A stretch of 64,000 bases of DNA from an uncultured Methanomassiliicoccales archaeon (GCA_963695345.1 OY968769.1:2272001-2336000), one strand, 5' to 3'; numbered from the stretch's first letter, positions 28,277-37,920 are shown. The notes: generated from the sequence alone by a model not told the origin. Made by a program: numbers and translations.

Positions 28277-29854
28277 ATGCCATTCCAGAACCTCAACACG
28301 TTCGTGCGCCTCTCCAAGGAGAACAGACAGGAAGAGTACCACACGAACTTTGAACGGGCGGTGGGGGCGATGTGCGCATCGATCCATGAAACGGTCATCT
28401 CGTATCCGATGTTCATCAACGGGGAGGCGATCCCCGCCAAACACCTCTTCGATGACCTCAGTCCGATCGACGGGCGCATACTGGTCGGTCGTTTCCCGAA
28501 ATGCACCAAGGCGGACGTCGAGAGGGCCATCGGCGCCGCCGACAACGCCTATGCTGGCTGGTCGCGCACGCCATACCAGAAGCGGGCGGAGATATTCCAT
28601 AGGGCCGCTGGCCTCATGGCCAAGGAGATATACCGGTTCGCCGCCGCGATCACCATCGACAATGGAAAGAACCGTGAAGAGGCCATCGGTGAGGTCGATG
28701 AAACGGTCGATTTCCTGGAGTTCTATGCTCAGAACGTCGTGGAAAGTGGAGGGTTCGGGCAAAAGAAGAACCCGCCCTATGACGATGAGAACCCGGTAAG
28801 CGTGATGCTGCCATACGGTGTTTTCGCCGTGATATGTCCATTCAACTTCCCCCTCTCCATTAGCGTCGGCATGACCACGGGGGCCTTGATCACCGGCAAT
28901 ACCGTCGTGGTGAAACCGGCCTCGGTGGCCCCGCTCGCGGTCTACCTGTTCTATGATCTGCTGGTGCGGGCCGGGCTTCCCCCGGGGGTGATGAACATCG
29001 TGACCGGCTCGGGAGCCGAGATCGGCGACCATCTGGTCAATCACCCGAAGATTGCCGGGATAGCGTTCACCGGCTCGAAGGAGGTCGGGTTCAAACTGCT
29101 CCGCTCCAGTCCGCGCAGCTGGCCGATTCCGATAATCGCGGAGATGGGCGGCAAGAACGCCTGCATCGTCTCCCAGAACGCGGACCTGGACAAGGCGGTG
29201 GAAGGCGTGGTCCATTCCGCCTTTGGTTTTTCCGGACAGAAGTGCTCGGCCTGTTCCCGGGTCTATGTCCAGGATGTTGTCCATGACGAGTTCATGACCA
29301 GGCTGGTATCGCGCACCAATGGCCTCAAGCTGTGCGATCCCCGCCTCCGGGAATGCGACCTTGGGCCGGTCATCCATATCAAGGCGGCCTCCGACTACGA
29401 GAGGTACACGGCCATGGCCAGGAAGGATGGCCATATCGTCTGCGGCGGGAACGTGCGCAAGCTGGAAGGGAAGGCCGGTACCTATGTTGAACCAGCCGTG
29501 GTCGCCGGACTGCCCGACGATCACTTCCTGGTCAGGAACGAGCTGTTCGTCCCGATCCTGGTGGTCCAGAAGTATGAGGCCTTGCCGGATGCCCTGGTCA
29601 AGGCGAACGGCGTGGAATACGGCCTCACCTCAGGTATCTATTCGAACGACCCAGACGAGGTGGAGTTCTTCTTCGATCACATCCAGGCCGGGGTTGCCTA
29701 TGCCAATCGGCCCCGGGGCGCCACCACCGGGGCCATGGTGGGCGGGCAGCCCTTCGGGGGGTGGAAGGCCTCCAGTTCGACGGGCAAGGGATCAGGCACC
29801 CACGAGTACCTGCTCCAGTTCGTGCGGCAACAGGCACGCACCACGATGCTCTAG
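28277..29854 (+). CDS. Aldehyde dehydrogenase, P5C dehydrogenase-like (copy 2)
   Basis: PFNFPLSI, VKPAS, FTGS, EMGGKN, GQKCSAC, ELFVP, QPFGGWKASS; colinear with copy 1 (MPFQNLNTF vs MPFKTENTF). Confidence 0.92.
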   Translation: MPFQNLNTFVRLSKENRQEEYHTNFERAVGAMCASIHETVISYPMFINGEAIPAKHLFDDLSPIDGRILVGRFPKCTKADVERAIGAADNAYAGWSRTPYQKRAEIFHRAAGLMAKEIYRFAAAITIDNGKNREEAIGEVDETVDFLEFYAQNVVESGGFGQKKNPPYDDENPVSVMLPYGVFAVICPFNFPLSISVGMTTGALITGNTVVVKPASVAPLAVYLFYDLLVRAGLPPGVMNIVTGSGAEIGDHLVNHPKIAGIAFTGSKEVGFKLLRSSPRSWPIPIIAEMGGKNACIVSQNADLDKAVEGVVHSAFGFSGQKCSACSRVYVQDVVHDEFMTRLVSRTNGLKLCDPRLRECDLGPVIHIKAASDYERYTAMARKDGHIVCGGNVRKLEGKAGTYVEPAVVAGLPDDHFLVRNELFVPILVVQKYEALPDALVKANGVEYGLTSGIYSNDPDEVEFFFDHIQAGVAYANRPRGATTGAMVGGQPFGGWKASSSTGKGSGTHEYLLQFVRQQARTTML

Positions 29855-29970
29855 GATCAGGAACGGATAGGGCCTATACATCGTTTAAAGTGCGATAAAA
29901 TCAGGATTATGATTAAATCATAACTCCGTTTAGGCAATCAATAAGTCCGTGGACCGCGAGTCTGGTACCG

Positions 29971-30600
29971 ATGCTGCTGACCAAGATCAAGATCTCTTCG
30001 AAGGAGAACATCATAGGTCGGTTATCTTCTGATATGGGAGCTGAGGTGGAGATCGTCCGGTGCAAGGCCAACGGTTCGCTCGGAGGCTTGAGCATCCTCA
30101 GGATCGGGACAGGGTCCGGGACCAGTGCCGAGGAGATAGGAATATGGTTCAAGGGCAAGGAAGGGTGCAGCATCGTATCGATCGCACCTGTATCTCCTGG
30201 TAAATACGTCGCCATGATCAGGAATACTGGATGCAGCCTGTGCAGAGTGTTCGCCGGATCCGACTGCTTCCTCGAGTCCGGTCGCAGCGCTGGAGACGAT
30301 TCGGTGATCTGGAAGGTCTATGCTCCGGACAACGCCGCGCTGAAGGGTCTGATCGAGAGGATCAGGAACGAAGGCAACAAGGTGGAACTGCTCAGCGTTA
30401 AAAGGATGGCGTCCTCATTTGAGCTGACCCGGCTGCAGGACGAGGCCATGCGGCTGGCGTTGTCCTCCGGCTATTATGATATTCCGAAGAGGATCACGTT
30501 AGAGGAGCTGGCAACGCGCTCGGGCATCACCAAGGCGACGCTGAACCTGATCCTGCGCCGCGGCCAGAAGAAGATCATTTCCGAACGCATGCGAACCTGA
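29971..30600 (+). CDS. HTH-10 (bacterio-opsin activator-type HTH) transcriptional regulator
   Basis: C-terminal LTRLQDEAMRLALSSGYYDIPKRITLEELATRSGITKATLNLILRRG matches the archaeal HTH_10 pattern. Confidence 0.88.
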   Translation: MLLTKIKISSKENIIGRLSSDMGAEVEIVRCKANGSLGGLSILRIGTGSGTSAEEIGIWFKGKEGCSIVSIAPVSPGKYVAMIRNTGCSLCRVFAGSDCFLESGRSAGDDSVIWKVYAPDNAALKGLIERIRNEGNKVELLSVKRMASSFELTRLQDEAMRLALSSGYYDIPKRITLEELATRSGITKATLNLILRRGQKKIISERMRT

Positions 30601-30668
30601 TCCCAAAGATATGGGGGCTTACATGTTCGCCGTACTTGGTTTATGGCCGCGGGGCACTACCATCATTC

Positions 30669-31049
30669 ATGGCAGCAAAGAAGGTCGAGAAGAGCTTGAT
30701 GGTGATCGGTACCCACAGTGACGACAACCTGGAGAAGGCGATGCTTACTTTCATGGTGGCGAACGCGGCCGAGGCCTTGGGTGTGAAGACCAAGGTATTC
30801 CTCACGTCCAAGGGCACGAACCTGGTGCGGAAGAACTACGCCAAGAGCATGCCGAAAATGGTGGGAATGGAACCAATGGAGGACCTCATCGCATCGTTCC
30901 AGGAAATGGGCGGGATCATCCATGTCTGCATTCCCTGCAAGGATGCCCGGGGGATCAAGTCCAATGAGTTCATCGCCGGCATCGAGTTCAGCACACTGAT
31001 GGACCTGGTCGAGATAAGCCAGGGCAATTCGCGCGTGGTGAGCTTCTAA
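30669..31049 (+). CDS. DsrE/DsrF-like family protein
   Basis: ..AMLTFMVANAAEALG..VFLTSKGT.LV.. G.IHVCIPCKDARGI; DsrE-like pattern with CxxC. Confidence 0.8.
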   Translation: MAAKKVEKSLMVIGTHSDDNLEKAMLTFMVANAAEALGVKTKVFLTSKGTNLVRKNYAKSMPKMVGMEPMEDLIASFQEMGGIIHVCIPCKDARGIKSNEFIAGIEFSTLMDLVEISQGNSRVVSF

Positions 31050-31179
31050 ATCTTTTCAGCGTCATGGACAGGGCCGACGCCTTGTTCATGGCCGATCGTT
31101 TTCCATTAGGAAATCGTCATTTCAGAAATTGGATTCTATTCAATTCACCAGAAGAATGAACCTGGCATCACTGGTTTCC

Positions 31180-31572
31180 CTAATGGCCCACCACAAATAC
31201 CACGTTAGGGAACGCATATCTTCCCTTGCTGCTGTCCCCGGTGACCATTTCATAGATGATGTCCAGCAGACCCGAGCGTTTTACATTGCTACATATCTCA
31301 CAGATGACCAATTGGACGCTCATCCCGTTCACTATCTTGAAGGCTCCCGCTTCGAATTGGGATTTCAATTCACCGTACTGTTCGGTTCCCACCACCTTGT
31401 CATGGAAACCTCGTTTCTTGCTGCGATAGGTGCTTATGGCCGAATCGGTCACACCATAGAGCCTGGCTACGTCAGCTTGGCTGAGCTTGTGGTGATCGAT
31501 CAGTTCGTCTGCCAATCCTCTCCTGATCATCGGGAGCACATACCAAACCACAAGTTCACATGGTGTTTTCAT
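31180..31572 (-). CDS. COG2522-type archaeal HTH transcriptional regulator (copy 1)
   Basis: MKTPCELVVWYVLPMIRRGLADEL..LSQADVARLYGVTDSAISTYRSKKRG..ICEIC. Confidence 0.85.
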   Translation of the reverse strand: MKTPCELVVWYVLPMIRRGLADELIDHHKLSQADVARLYGVTDSAISTYRSKKRGFHDKVVGTEQYGELKSQFEAGAFKIVNGMSVQLVICEICSNVKRSGLLDIIYEMVTGDSSKGRYAFPNVVFVVGH

Positions 31573-31904
31573 AGTGGCCATCTATTGTCTTAACGGGGTT
31601 TAGGCAATTTCATCCAATCTATATAGAGATTATTTTTTTCACAACCGGCTTTCTGAATCTTGCCCTTTCCAATGAAGCCGACCTGAGATCCGATCACTTT
31701 CATAATTCAACGAGCGTTGGGGAACCCTCGAGATAATCTTCAAAAATGAAGGTACTGGCTCGCGTCATCCGCGTCGATCGAACATATCCAGGTCGCAAAG
31801 AGCGGTAATCGATCCCGAATGACCATGGTAGCATATTTACATTCCAAGCTCCCAATGGCAAATCCTTATCATGACATCCGATGATTATCATCCAAGGTGC
31901 ACAA

Positions 31905-32489
31905 ATGGTCAGAATGGAGGATGTCATGGGAAAGGAGGTCATATCCTCGGATGCAATAATCGTGGGATCCGTGGAAGGGGTCAGTATCGACCCGGAACAC
32001 TGGCGTATCCCGGCGCTACGCATCACCGTGACCAAGGGCCTGGAGACAGCGCTCGACAAGAAGAAGAAGAAGATCGGACTATCGAGAGCCTTCATAAACA
32101 CCGGCGCGGTCAACAGCGTGACCGACACCATCACCATCGGTGTCCCCATGACCGACCTCAAGGGGGCATTGGTCGCGGAGGGGCTGTGGCATCTCAACTT
32201 CGGAAACCTTACCGGCATGAGGGTCATCTGCAGAAAGGGTCGCCAGATAGGCTACGTGGACAACCTGGTGTTCGATCCCAAGGACAGCTGGAAGATAAGT
32301 CTCATCGACGTCAGACTGGACAAGACCACCAAAGATGACCTGAACATCAAGAAGAAGATGATGTCCGGATCCGGGATCGTCATCAGGACCACCGACATCC
32401 TTACCGTCGGGGACATGGTCATGCTGAAGATCGACATCGATGAATTGAAGCAATGGCTGGAGAACCGGCCAGCCTCAATGAAGAGCTGA
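31905..32489 (+). CDS. Tandem (2x) PRC-barrel domain protein
   Basis: MEDVMGKEVISSDAIIVGSVEGVSIDPEHWRI and LTGMRVICRKGRQIGYVDNLVFDPKDSWKI; AGGTG SD before ATG 31905. Confidence 0.85.
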   Translation: MVRMEDVMGKEVISSDAIIVGSVEGVSIDPEHWRIPALRITVTKGLETALDKKKKKIGLSRAFINTGAVNSVTDTITIGVPMTDLKGALVAEGLWHLNFGNLTGMRVICRKGRQIGYVDNLVFDPKDSWKISLIDVRLDKTTKDDLNIKKKMMSGSGIVIRTTDILTVGDMVMLKIDIDELKQWLENRPASMKS

Positions 32490-32504
32490 TGGAGAGGAAC
32501 ACTC

Positions 32505-33431
32505 CTGATCGAAACCGTTGAGCTTTCCCGGAAGTTCGAACAGACCATGGCGGTCGAGGACCTTACGATCACGATCGATGATGGGGAGGTCTTCGGTTTC
32601 CTGGGACCCAACGGCGCGGGAAAGACCACCACCATCAGGATGCTGTGCTGCCTGATCGAACCCACTTCCGGCCAGGCTTTCGTGGACGGACTGGACGTCA
32701 ACGACAAGGAATCGCGCATCAAGATCCGCCAGAACATCGGACTGCTCCCGGAGAATCCCGGGCTCTATGAGTCGCTTTCCGCATACCAGAACCTGGACTT
32801 CTATGCCAGAATGTATGGTGTCCCTTCTGACAAACGATCCTCCCGCATAACCGAGCTACTTCAGGCCTTGGACATCCTGGACCGCAGGAACGACGCGGTG
32901 GGTACCTTCTCCAAGGGGATGAAACAGAAGATCGCCATCGCCCGGGCGCTGGTCCACGATCCGAAATACCTGTTCCTGGACGAACCGACCTCCGGCCTGG
33001 ACCCGGTCTCCTCGATAACGGTCCGCAACTATCTGATGGAGCTGAAGCGGGAAGGGAGGACCATATTCATCAACACCCACCATCTTGATGAGGCGCAGAA
33101 GCTCTGCGACCAGATCGGCATCCTGAAGACGCGTTTGCTGGCAAAGGGTTCGCCGGAGCATCTCGCCAACGAGTTCTTCGGCAAGACCACCATGATCGAG
33201 CTTCGCGAGGTAACGCCTGAGATACTTAAGGTGGTCCAAGGCTCCAAGGGGGTCAGGGCGTTCCGCCAGGAGAAGGAACGGATCTTTCTCTCCATCGACG
33301 ACCCGGTCACCGACAACCCGGCCATCATCGCCGAGCTGGTCGGTTCCGGCGCGCACATCGTCCATGTTGAGGAAGTGAAGAAGGGGCTGGAGGACGTCTA
33401 CCTGCGCATCCTCGGAGGCAACGGCCAATGA
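32505..33431 (+). CDS. ABC transporter ATP-binding subunit (ABC-2/DrrA type); probable CTG start
   Basis: GPNGAGKTT, FSKGMKQK, LFLDEPT, NTH; an in-frame CTG ATC GAA ACC at 32505 after GGAGAGGA gives the usual MIETVEL N-terminus. Confidence 0.92.
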   Translation: MIETVELSRKFEQTMAVEDLTITIDDGEVFGFLGPNGAGKTTTIRMLCCLIEPTSGQAFVDGLDVNDKESRIKIRQNIGLLPENPGLYESLSAYQNLDFYARMYGVPSDKRSSRITELLQALDILDRRNDAVGTFSKGMKQKIAIARALVHDPKYLFLDEPTSGLDPVSSITVRNYLMELKREGRTIFINTHHLDEAQKLCDQIGILKTRLLAKGSPEHLANEFFGKTTMIELREVTPEILKVVQGSKGVRAFRQEKERIFLSIDDPVTDNPAIIAELVGSGAHIVHVEEVKKGLEDVYLRILGGNGQ

Positions 33432-34456
33432 TCCGTTTCGAGAAGATGTGGGCCATCGCCCGGAAGGAGTTCTCCGAGTTCCGGCGAAACCGGTACGTGC
33501 TGATGAGCCTGGTCATCATGCCCATGATCATGACGATCGTCCTGCCGATCGTCTACCTGGTGCCGGTCACGGCGCTGTCCACCGAGAACACCAAGCCCAT
33601 CGAGCTCGACCTGAACATCCAGAACACCTACGATGGGATCAACTTCACCAATGGATTCTTCTCCAACGCATCGTTCACCAACTGCGAGCTGTCGAACGTC
33701 ATACTGGACAAATGCCAGGTCAAGGGTGGTTACGTCAACTTCTCGTTGATCAGGTCGTCCGAGGTCAATGATTCCTGGATGCAGTCCACCACGCTTTATT
33801 TCTCCAATCTGAACAACAATACCAGGATCGACGTGGTATTGGTGTCGAGCGTGGTCATCGGTGGGCCGTCCGAACTGGTCAGCACCCTTCTGTTGCTGAT
33901 CAATCTCCTCATGCTCATGTTCATGGTACTGCCGGCCGTCCTGCCGACCATCATCGCCTCCTATACCCTTGTCGGGGAAAAGGTCAATAAAAGTCTGGAA
34001 CCCCTGCTGGCCACCCCCACCACCGACCTGGAGCTGCTGGGCGGGAAATCGCTCAGCATCTTCCTGCCCACCATGTTGGCGGCGTGGCTGTCGTTCGTGC
34101 CGTTCGTAATACTAGTGGACCTCATCACCGGGCCGGTCCTGGGCTATTTCATCCTGCCGAACACGATGTGGATCATCGCCATCTTCATCATGTCCCCGCT
34201 GATCGCGCTGTTAAGCATCCTGGCCAATGTCATCGTCTCCTCCCGGGTCTCCGACGTCCGGAGCGCGCAACAGTTAGGCTCGCTGGTCGTACTGCCGGTC
34301 ATACTCTTCTTCGTCCTGATCCTGACCCAGTCCTCGACCACCAGCGTCAGCCTGATGGTCATGTTCTCGGTCCTGATGGTGGCGGTCGATGCCGTCGTCC
34401 TGTTCCTGGCCCTGCGGGTCTTCCGCCGCGAGGAAATACTGATACGGTGGAAATAG
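33428..34456 (+). CDS. ABC-2 type permease with a pentapeptide-like extracytoplasmic loop
   Basis: WAIARKEF..; GEKVNKSLEPLLATP..LLGGK; about 6 TM; ATGA overlap with the ATPase gene. Confidence 0.88.
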   Translation: MIRFEKMWAIARKEFSEFRRNRYVLMSLVIMPMIMTIVLPIVYLVPVTALSTENTKPIELDLNIQNTYDGINFTNGFFSNASFTNCELSNVILDKCQVKGGYVNFSLIRSSEVNDSWMQSTTLYFSNLNNNTRIDVVLVSSVVIGGPSELVSTLLLLINLLMLMFMVLPAVLPTIIASYTLVGEKVNKSLEPLLATPTTDLELLGGKSLSIFLPTMLAAWLSFVPFVILVDLITGPVLGYFILPNTMWIIAIFIMSPLIALLSILANVIVSSRVSDVRSAQQLGSLVVLPVILFFVLILTQSSTTSVSLMVMFSVLMVAVDAVVLFLALRVFRREEILIRWK

Positions 34457-34556
34457 TGCTCCTGGCTCCAATATCCAAGGGGCGTTGAATATCCTTCATA
34501 ATTCCGTCTAGAATGAATACGATTCCCTATGAAGTGGAGGGTATCTTTTGTTAAAA

Positions 34557-35282
34557 TCAAATGAAGGCAATGATCGCCGCCATAACGCCTGATAAAGTGA
34601 TCCAGAGGAGGTAGTTCTTCCACATCTTTCCATCTCGCTCCCAATAGTAGGCCCACCATTTTCCATAGCCCATTTCACCTGGATTTCCATTCTTCATGGC
34701 ATTGGCGATCTCAACGTTCCAATATGCCTTTCGTAGATTGTAGCCGATCCAGAAAGCGCCGAGGAACAAAGGCAACAGGATCGGGAACCATATTGCCCTG
34801 GCCCCTGGCGCCCTGGAAGCGGATTCGAAGCTGATGGATGTCTGATACGTTCTGGTCGATGGCGAGGATTCGTTCTCGCTTCTACCGTCGATGCTGACTA
34901 TCACCGGAAAGCCTCCCCAGAAACCTGTCGTGATGCTTCCCTTGAAGTCATGGTTCTCGCCTGGATTCACTATCTGGTCGCCTTCGAATATCGTGTGGTA
35001 CTCGGTCGGACTCTTGAATTGATCATTTGTAAACATCCCATCGCCCGGCCATTTTATGGTAACTACGATCTTGGTCAAATGGATCGCATCTGACCCACTG
35101 TTTGTTACTATCACATGATAATCGAAGGGGGTATCCTGGTATGCATGGTTCGGACTGGTCCGGATATCAATCGATCCATCAAGCAGTCCGTCGCTTGGGT
35201 TGGCCATAATGAACGAGGTGATGAACACCGTTAGAACGACAATAGCGATCACTGATCTGGTGACGCTCGCGAACCAATTCAA
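34557..35282 (-). CDS. Hypothetical membrane protein (N-terminal TM/signal, Ig-like domain, two C-terminal TMs)
   Basis: TTG start after a GGGGAG-like SD; beta-rich segment (YHVIVTNSG..TKIVVTIKW..QIVNPGE); hydrophobic helices. Confidence 0.65.
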   Translation of the reverse strand: MNWFASVTRSVIAIVVLTVFITSFIMANPSDGLLDGSIDIRTSPNHAYQDTPFDYHVIVTNSGSDAIHLTKIVVTIKWPGDGMFTNDQFKSPTEYHTIFEGDQIVNPGENHDFKGSITTGFWGGFPVIVSIDGRSENESSPSTRTYQTSISFESASRAPGARAIWFPILLPLFLGAFWIGYNLRKAYWNVEIANAMKNGNPGEMGYGKWWAYYWERDGKMWKNYLLWITLSGVMAAIIAFI

Positions 35283-35442
35283 AAATTATTCTCCCCCAGG
35301 ATAATACGAGTTTTTGATTTAAGGTTTGTTCACGATATCTCAATACCGGAGGACCAATTGACCGATCATTGGTCACCCATTCTCCGTCTCCATCAGAGGA
35401 AATAATAGTGTGAGAAACATATCACATCATACAGGTGTGGCT

Positions 35443-35829
35443 ATGAACATGGAATCGGCGGAATGGATGGCCCGGGCGGAACGTGAGTACGATTCAGCCC
35501 TGGATATGTTCAAGATGTCCTACCATCGGTTCGCCCTCCTTCATGCCCAGATGAGCCTATACTATTCCCTGCGGGCCGTGGCCATCGATAAGGGACTCAG
35601 CCCTCACGAGACCATCGACCTGGGCGGATTGGCCCATCTCATCGGAACTCCTCCCGCCATATCACAGATCGTGGCAGACCTAAGAAGCGAGTGCATGCTG
35701 ATCCACAAAGGAGAATACTGGCAGGACCCGGACAAAGACCGGGTGGGAAAACTGCTCGACGCGGCCGGCGAGGTCCTCGAATGGGCGGAGAGCGCGTTCG
35801 ACGGCAGCTGTTGGTCGGACAAGGAATAA
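35443..35829 (+). CDS. HEPN-domain protein (COG2250-like), divergent
   Basis: EWMARAEREYDSA..FALLHAQ..LRA..ETIDLGGL..LLDAAGEVLEW helical HEPN pattern; AGGTG SD. Confidence 0.75.
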   Translation: MNMESAEWMARAEREYDSALDMFKMSYHRFALLHAQMSLYYSLRAVAIDKGLSPHETIDLGGLAHLIGTPPAISQIVADLRSECMLIHKGEYWQDPDKDRVGKLLDAAGEVLEWAESAFDGSCWSDKE

Positions 35830-35830
35830 G

Positions 35831-35857
35831 AAAAAGCGGGCCGAGAACGGCCCTTTT
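35831..35857. terminator. Probable bidirectional terminator between convergent genes
   Basis: AAAAAGC-GGGCCG-AGAA-CGGCCC-TTTT. Confidence 0.7.
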
Positions 35858-35890
35858 AACCGGGGTTCGGGAAAAGGTTCCCTGAAGGGC

Positions 35891-37000
35891 TCAGTCCTCC
35901 TTCCACTTGGAGATGTAGGCCCCCAGCACGATGAACACCACGGCGATCACGGCAATGACCGCCAGGTTGCCGATCGCCGAGCTGCTGTTGGCGAACACCA
36001 TGGTGTCCCTCAGGCCGTTGTTCAGATAGGTCAGCGGCATCACCTTGGAGATCTCCTGGAGGTAGCTGGGCATCTGTTCCAGCGGGAAGAACGACCCGGA
36101 AAGGAACATCATCGGGAACGTCACGGCGGATGATGCGGCGTTGGCGGTCTCCTCGTCCTTGGCGAATCTGGAAAGCAGCATGCCCAGTCCGGTGAACATC
36201 GCCGCCCCCACCATGATCAGCGCGATCGCCTCGATGGTCAGGGTCATATGCACGTTGAACGCCAGCATGCCGACGATCATGATGGCCGCGACCGAGATGA
36301 AGCAGACCACGATGTACCAGAGCACGTGCGACAGCAACCATTCCAATCGGGTGAACGGAGTGGTGGCCAGCTTCCTGAAGATGCCGGTGGAGCGATACCT
36401 TGACTGGAGCCCCTGCATGTAGAAGGTGCAGTTGGTCATGATGGTCATTCCCATGATGCCCGGCAGGAAGAAATCGATGTAGCCCAGTCCTTTCTGGTTG
36501 ATCTCGCCGGAGGCGACGGTCATGACCCTGGAACCGTTCGCCAAGGCGAGGTTGGTGGAGTCCGCTATCGATGATACGATGCTCTGCACCACCCGCGCCG
36601 AACCGGACGTGGGGTCGACCCTTAACAGTACCTGCCCGGTGGCACCGGGGAGGGGGGCCAGATTGAAGTTCGCGGGTATGACCAGCACGTTGCTCAAGGA
36701 ATTGTTCTTGATGTATTGCTCGAGGTTTTGGTTGGCCGATACGTTCACCACGGTGACGATCCCGGACATCTGCATGGGCACGATCACCTGCTGATAGCCG
36801 GTGGAGTTCTCCCCGTCGAAAGCGGCGGTGTTGTCCTGGACGTAGATGTTGTAGTTCGAGGGGGCGCCGCTGTTGGAGAATATCGCCCCGAATATGAATA
36901 TCAGCAAAACCGGGAATGCCAGCGTCCAGAACACTCCGCCCTTGTTCCGGAAGAACATCTTGCCGGTGGCTATGAAGTCCATGAGGATGCGGTTCTTCAT
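35891..37000 (-). CDS. ABC-2 type permease
   Basis: FFRNKGGVFWTLAFP; YIDFFLPGI; GIFRKLATTP; FPMMFLSGSFFPLEQMP..MPLTY. Confidence 0.92.
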   Translation of the reverse strand: MKNRILMDFIATGKMFFRNKGGVFWTLAFPVLLIFIFGAIFSNSGAPSNYNIYVQDNTAAFDGENSTGYQQVIVPMQMSGIVTVVNVSANQNLEQYIKNNSLSNVLVIPANFNLAPLPGATGQVLLRVDPTSGSARVVQSIVSSIADSTNLALANGSRVMTVASGEINQKGLGYIDFFLPGIMGMTIMTNCTFYMQGLQSRYRSTGIFRKLATTPFTRLEWLLSHVLWYIVVCFISVAAIMIVGMLAFNVHMTLTIEAIALIMVGAAMFTGLGMLLSRFAKDEETANAASSAVTFPMMFLSGSFFPLEQMPSYLQEISKVMPLTYLNNGLRDTMVFANSSSAIGNLAVIAVIAVVFIVLGAYISKWKED

Positions 37001-37920
37001 GATTCCACCTCCTCGCTGATCTTATGTCCAGTGAGCTTGAGGAACACATCCTCCAGCGTCGACCGTTTCAACAGTATCTCATCATATACCGCTTCGGAAT
37101 CCGAGAGGGTCTTCACGATCTTCGGCAGGATGGTCTTGTCCTCCACGTGGATCCACACATCCCCGTTCTTGGCATCGTATTCCAACCCGGACGCCTTGAT
37201 CGAATCCCTGGCCGCCGGCGACGCTCCCTTGATGATGCACAGCGATCCGATCCCGAACTCCTCGATGATCGCCTTCGGAGTCCCGAACGCGATGAACTTG
37301 CCCGAGTTCATGATCGCCACCCGGTCGGAAAGGACCTCCGCCTCCTCCATGTAGTGGGTGGTCAGGATGACCGTCTTGTTCCTGGACTTGAGATTGTGGA
37401 TGACATCCCACACCTCCCGTCGGGCCTTCGGGTCGAGACCGGTCGTCGGTTCGTCCAGGAAGATTATGTCCGGGTCGTTGGCCATGGAGATGGCGACCCC
37501 TACCCTCTGCTTCAGCCCCCCGGACAGGTTCTTGAACATCTCGTTCCTCTTCCCCTCCAGGTTGACCGCCCTGATCAGGTCGTCGGTCGGAAGGCTACGG
37601 TCGTAGAGCCCGGCGAAGTAATCGATGCTCTCCTTGACGGTGAGCAGGTCGTATGAATGGAAATCCTGCGGCAGCACCCCGATCCTCTTCTTGATCTCCC
37701 TCTGCTGATGGTGGATGTCGTTTCCGAGCACCGTGACCGATCCCGACGTGGGGCGGCGCAGGCACTCCATTATCTCCACGGTGGTGGTCTTTCCCGCCCC
37801 GTTGGGTCCCAGAATGGAGAAGACCTCTCCCGGATGAACCTCGAAACTGATACCGTTTACGGCCTTGAGGTCGCCGTAATTCTTGACCAGGTCCCTTACC
37901 TCGATGACGTTTTCGGACAT
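36997..37920 (-). CDS. ABC transporter ATP-binding subunit (DrrA type)
   Basis: GPNGAGKTT, LSGGLKQR, IFLDEPTTGLDP, TTHYMEEA; ATGA overlap with the permease. Confidence 0.95.
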   Translation of the reverse strand: MSENVIEVRDLVKNYGDLKAVNGISFEVHPGEVFSILGPNGAGKTTTVEIMECLRRPTSGSVTVLGNDIHHQQREIKKRIGVLPQDFHSYDLLTVKESIDYFAGLYDRSLPTDDLIRAVNLEGKRNEMFKNLSGGLKQRVGVAISMANDPDIIFLDEPTTGLDPKARREVWDVIHNLKSRNKTVILTTHYMEEAEVLSDRVAIMNSGKFIAFGTPKAIIEEFGIGSLCIIKGASPAARDSIKASGLEYDAKNGDVWIHVEDKTILPKIVKTLSDSEAVYDEILLKRSTLEDVFLKLTGHKISEEVES

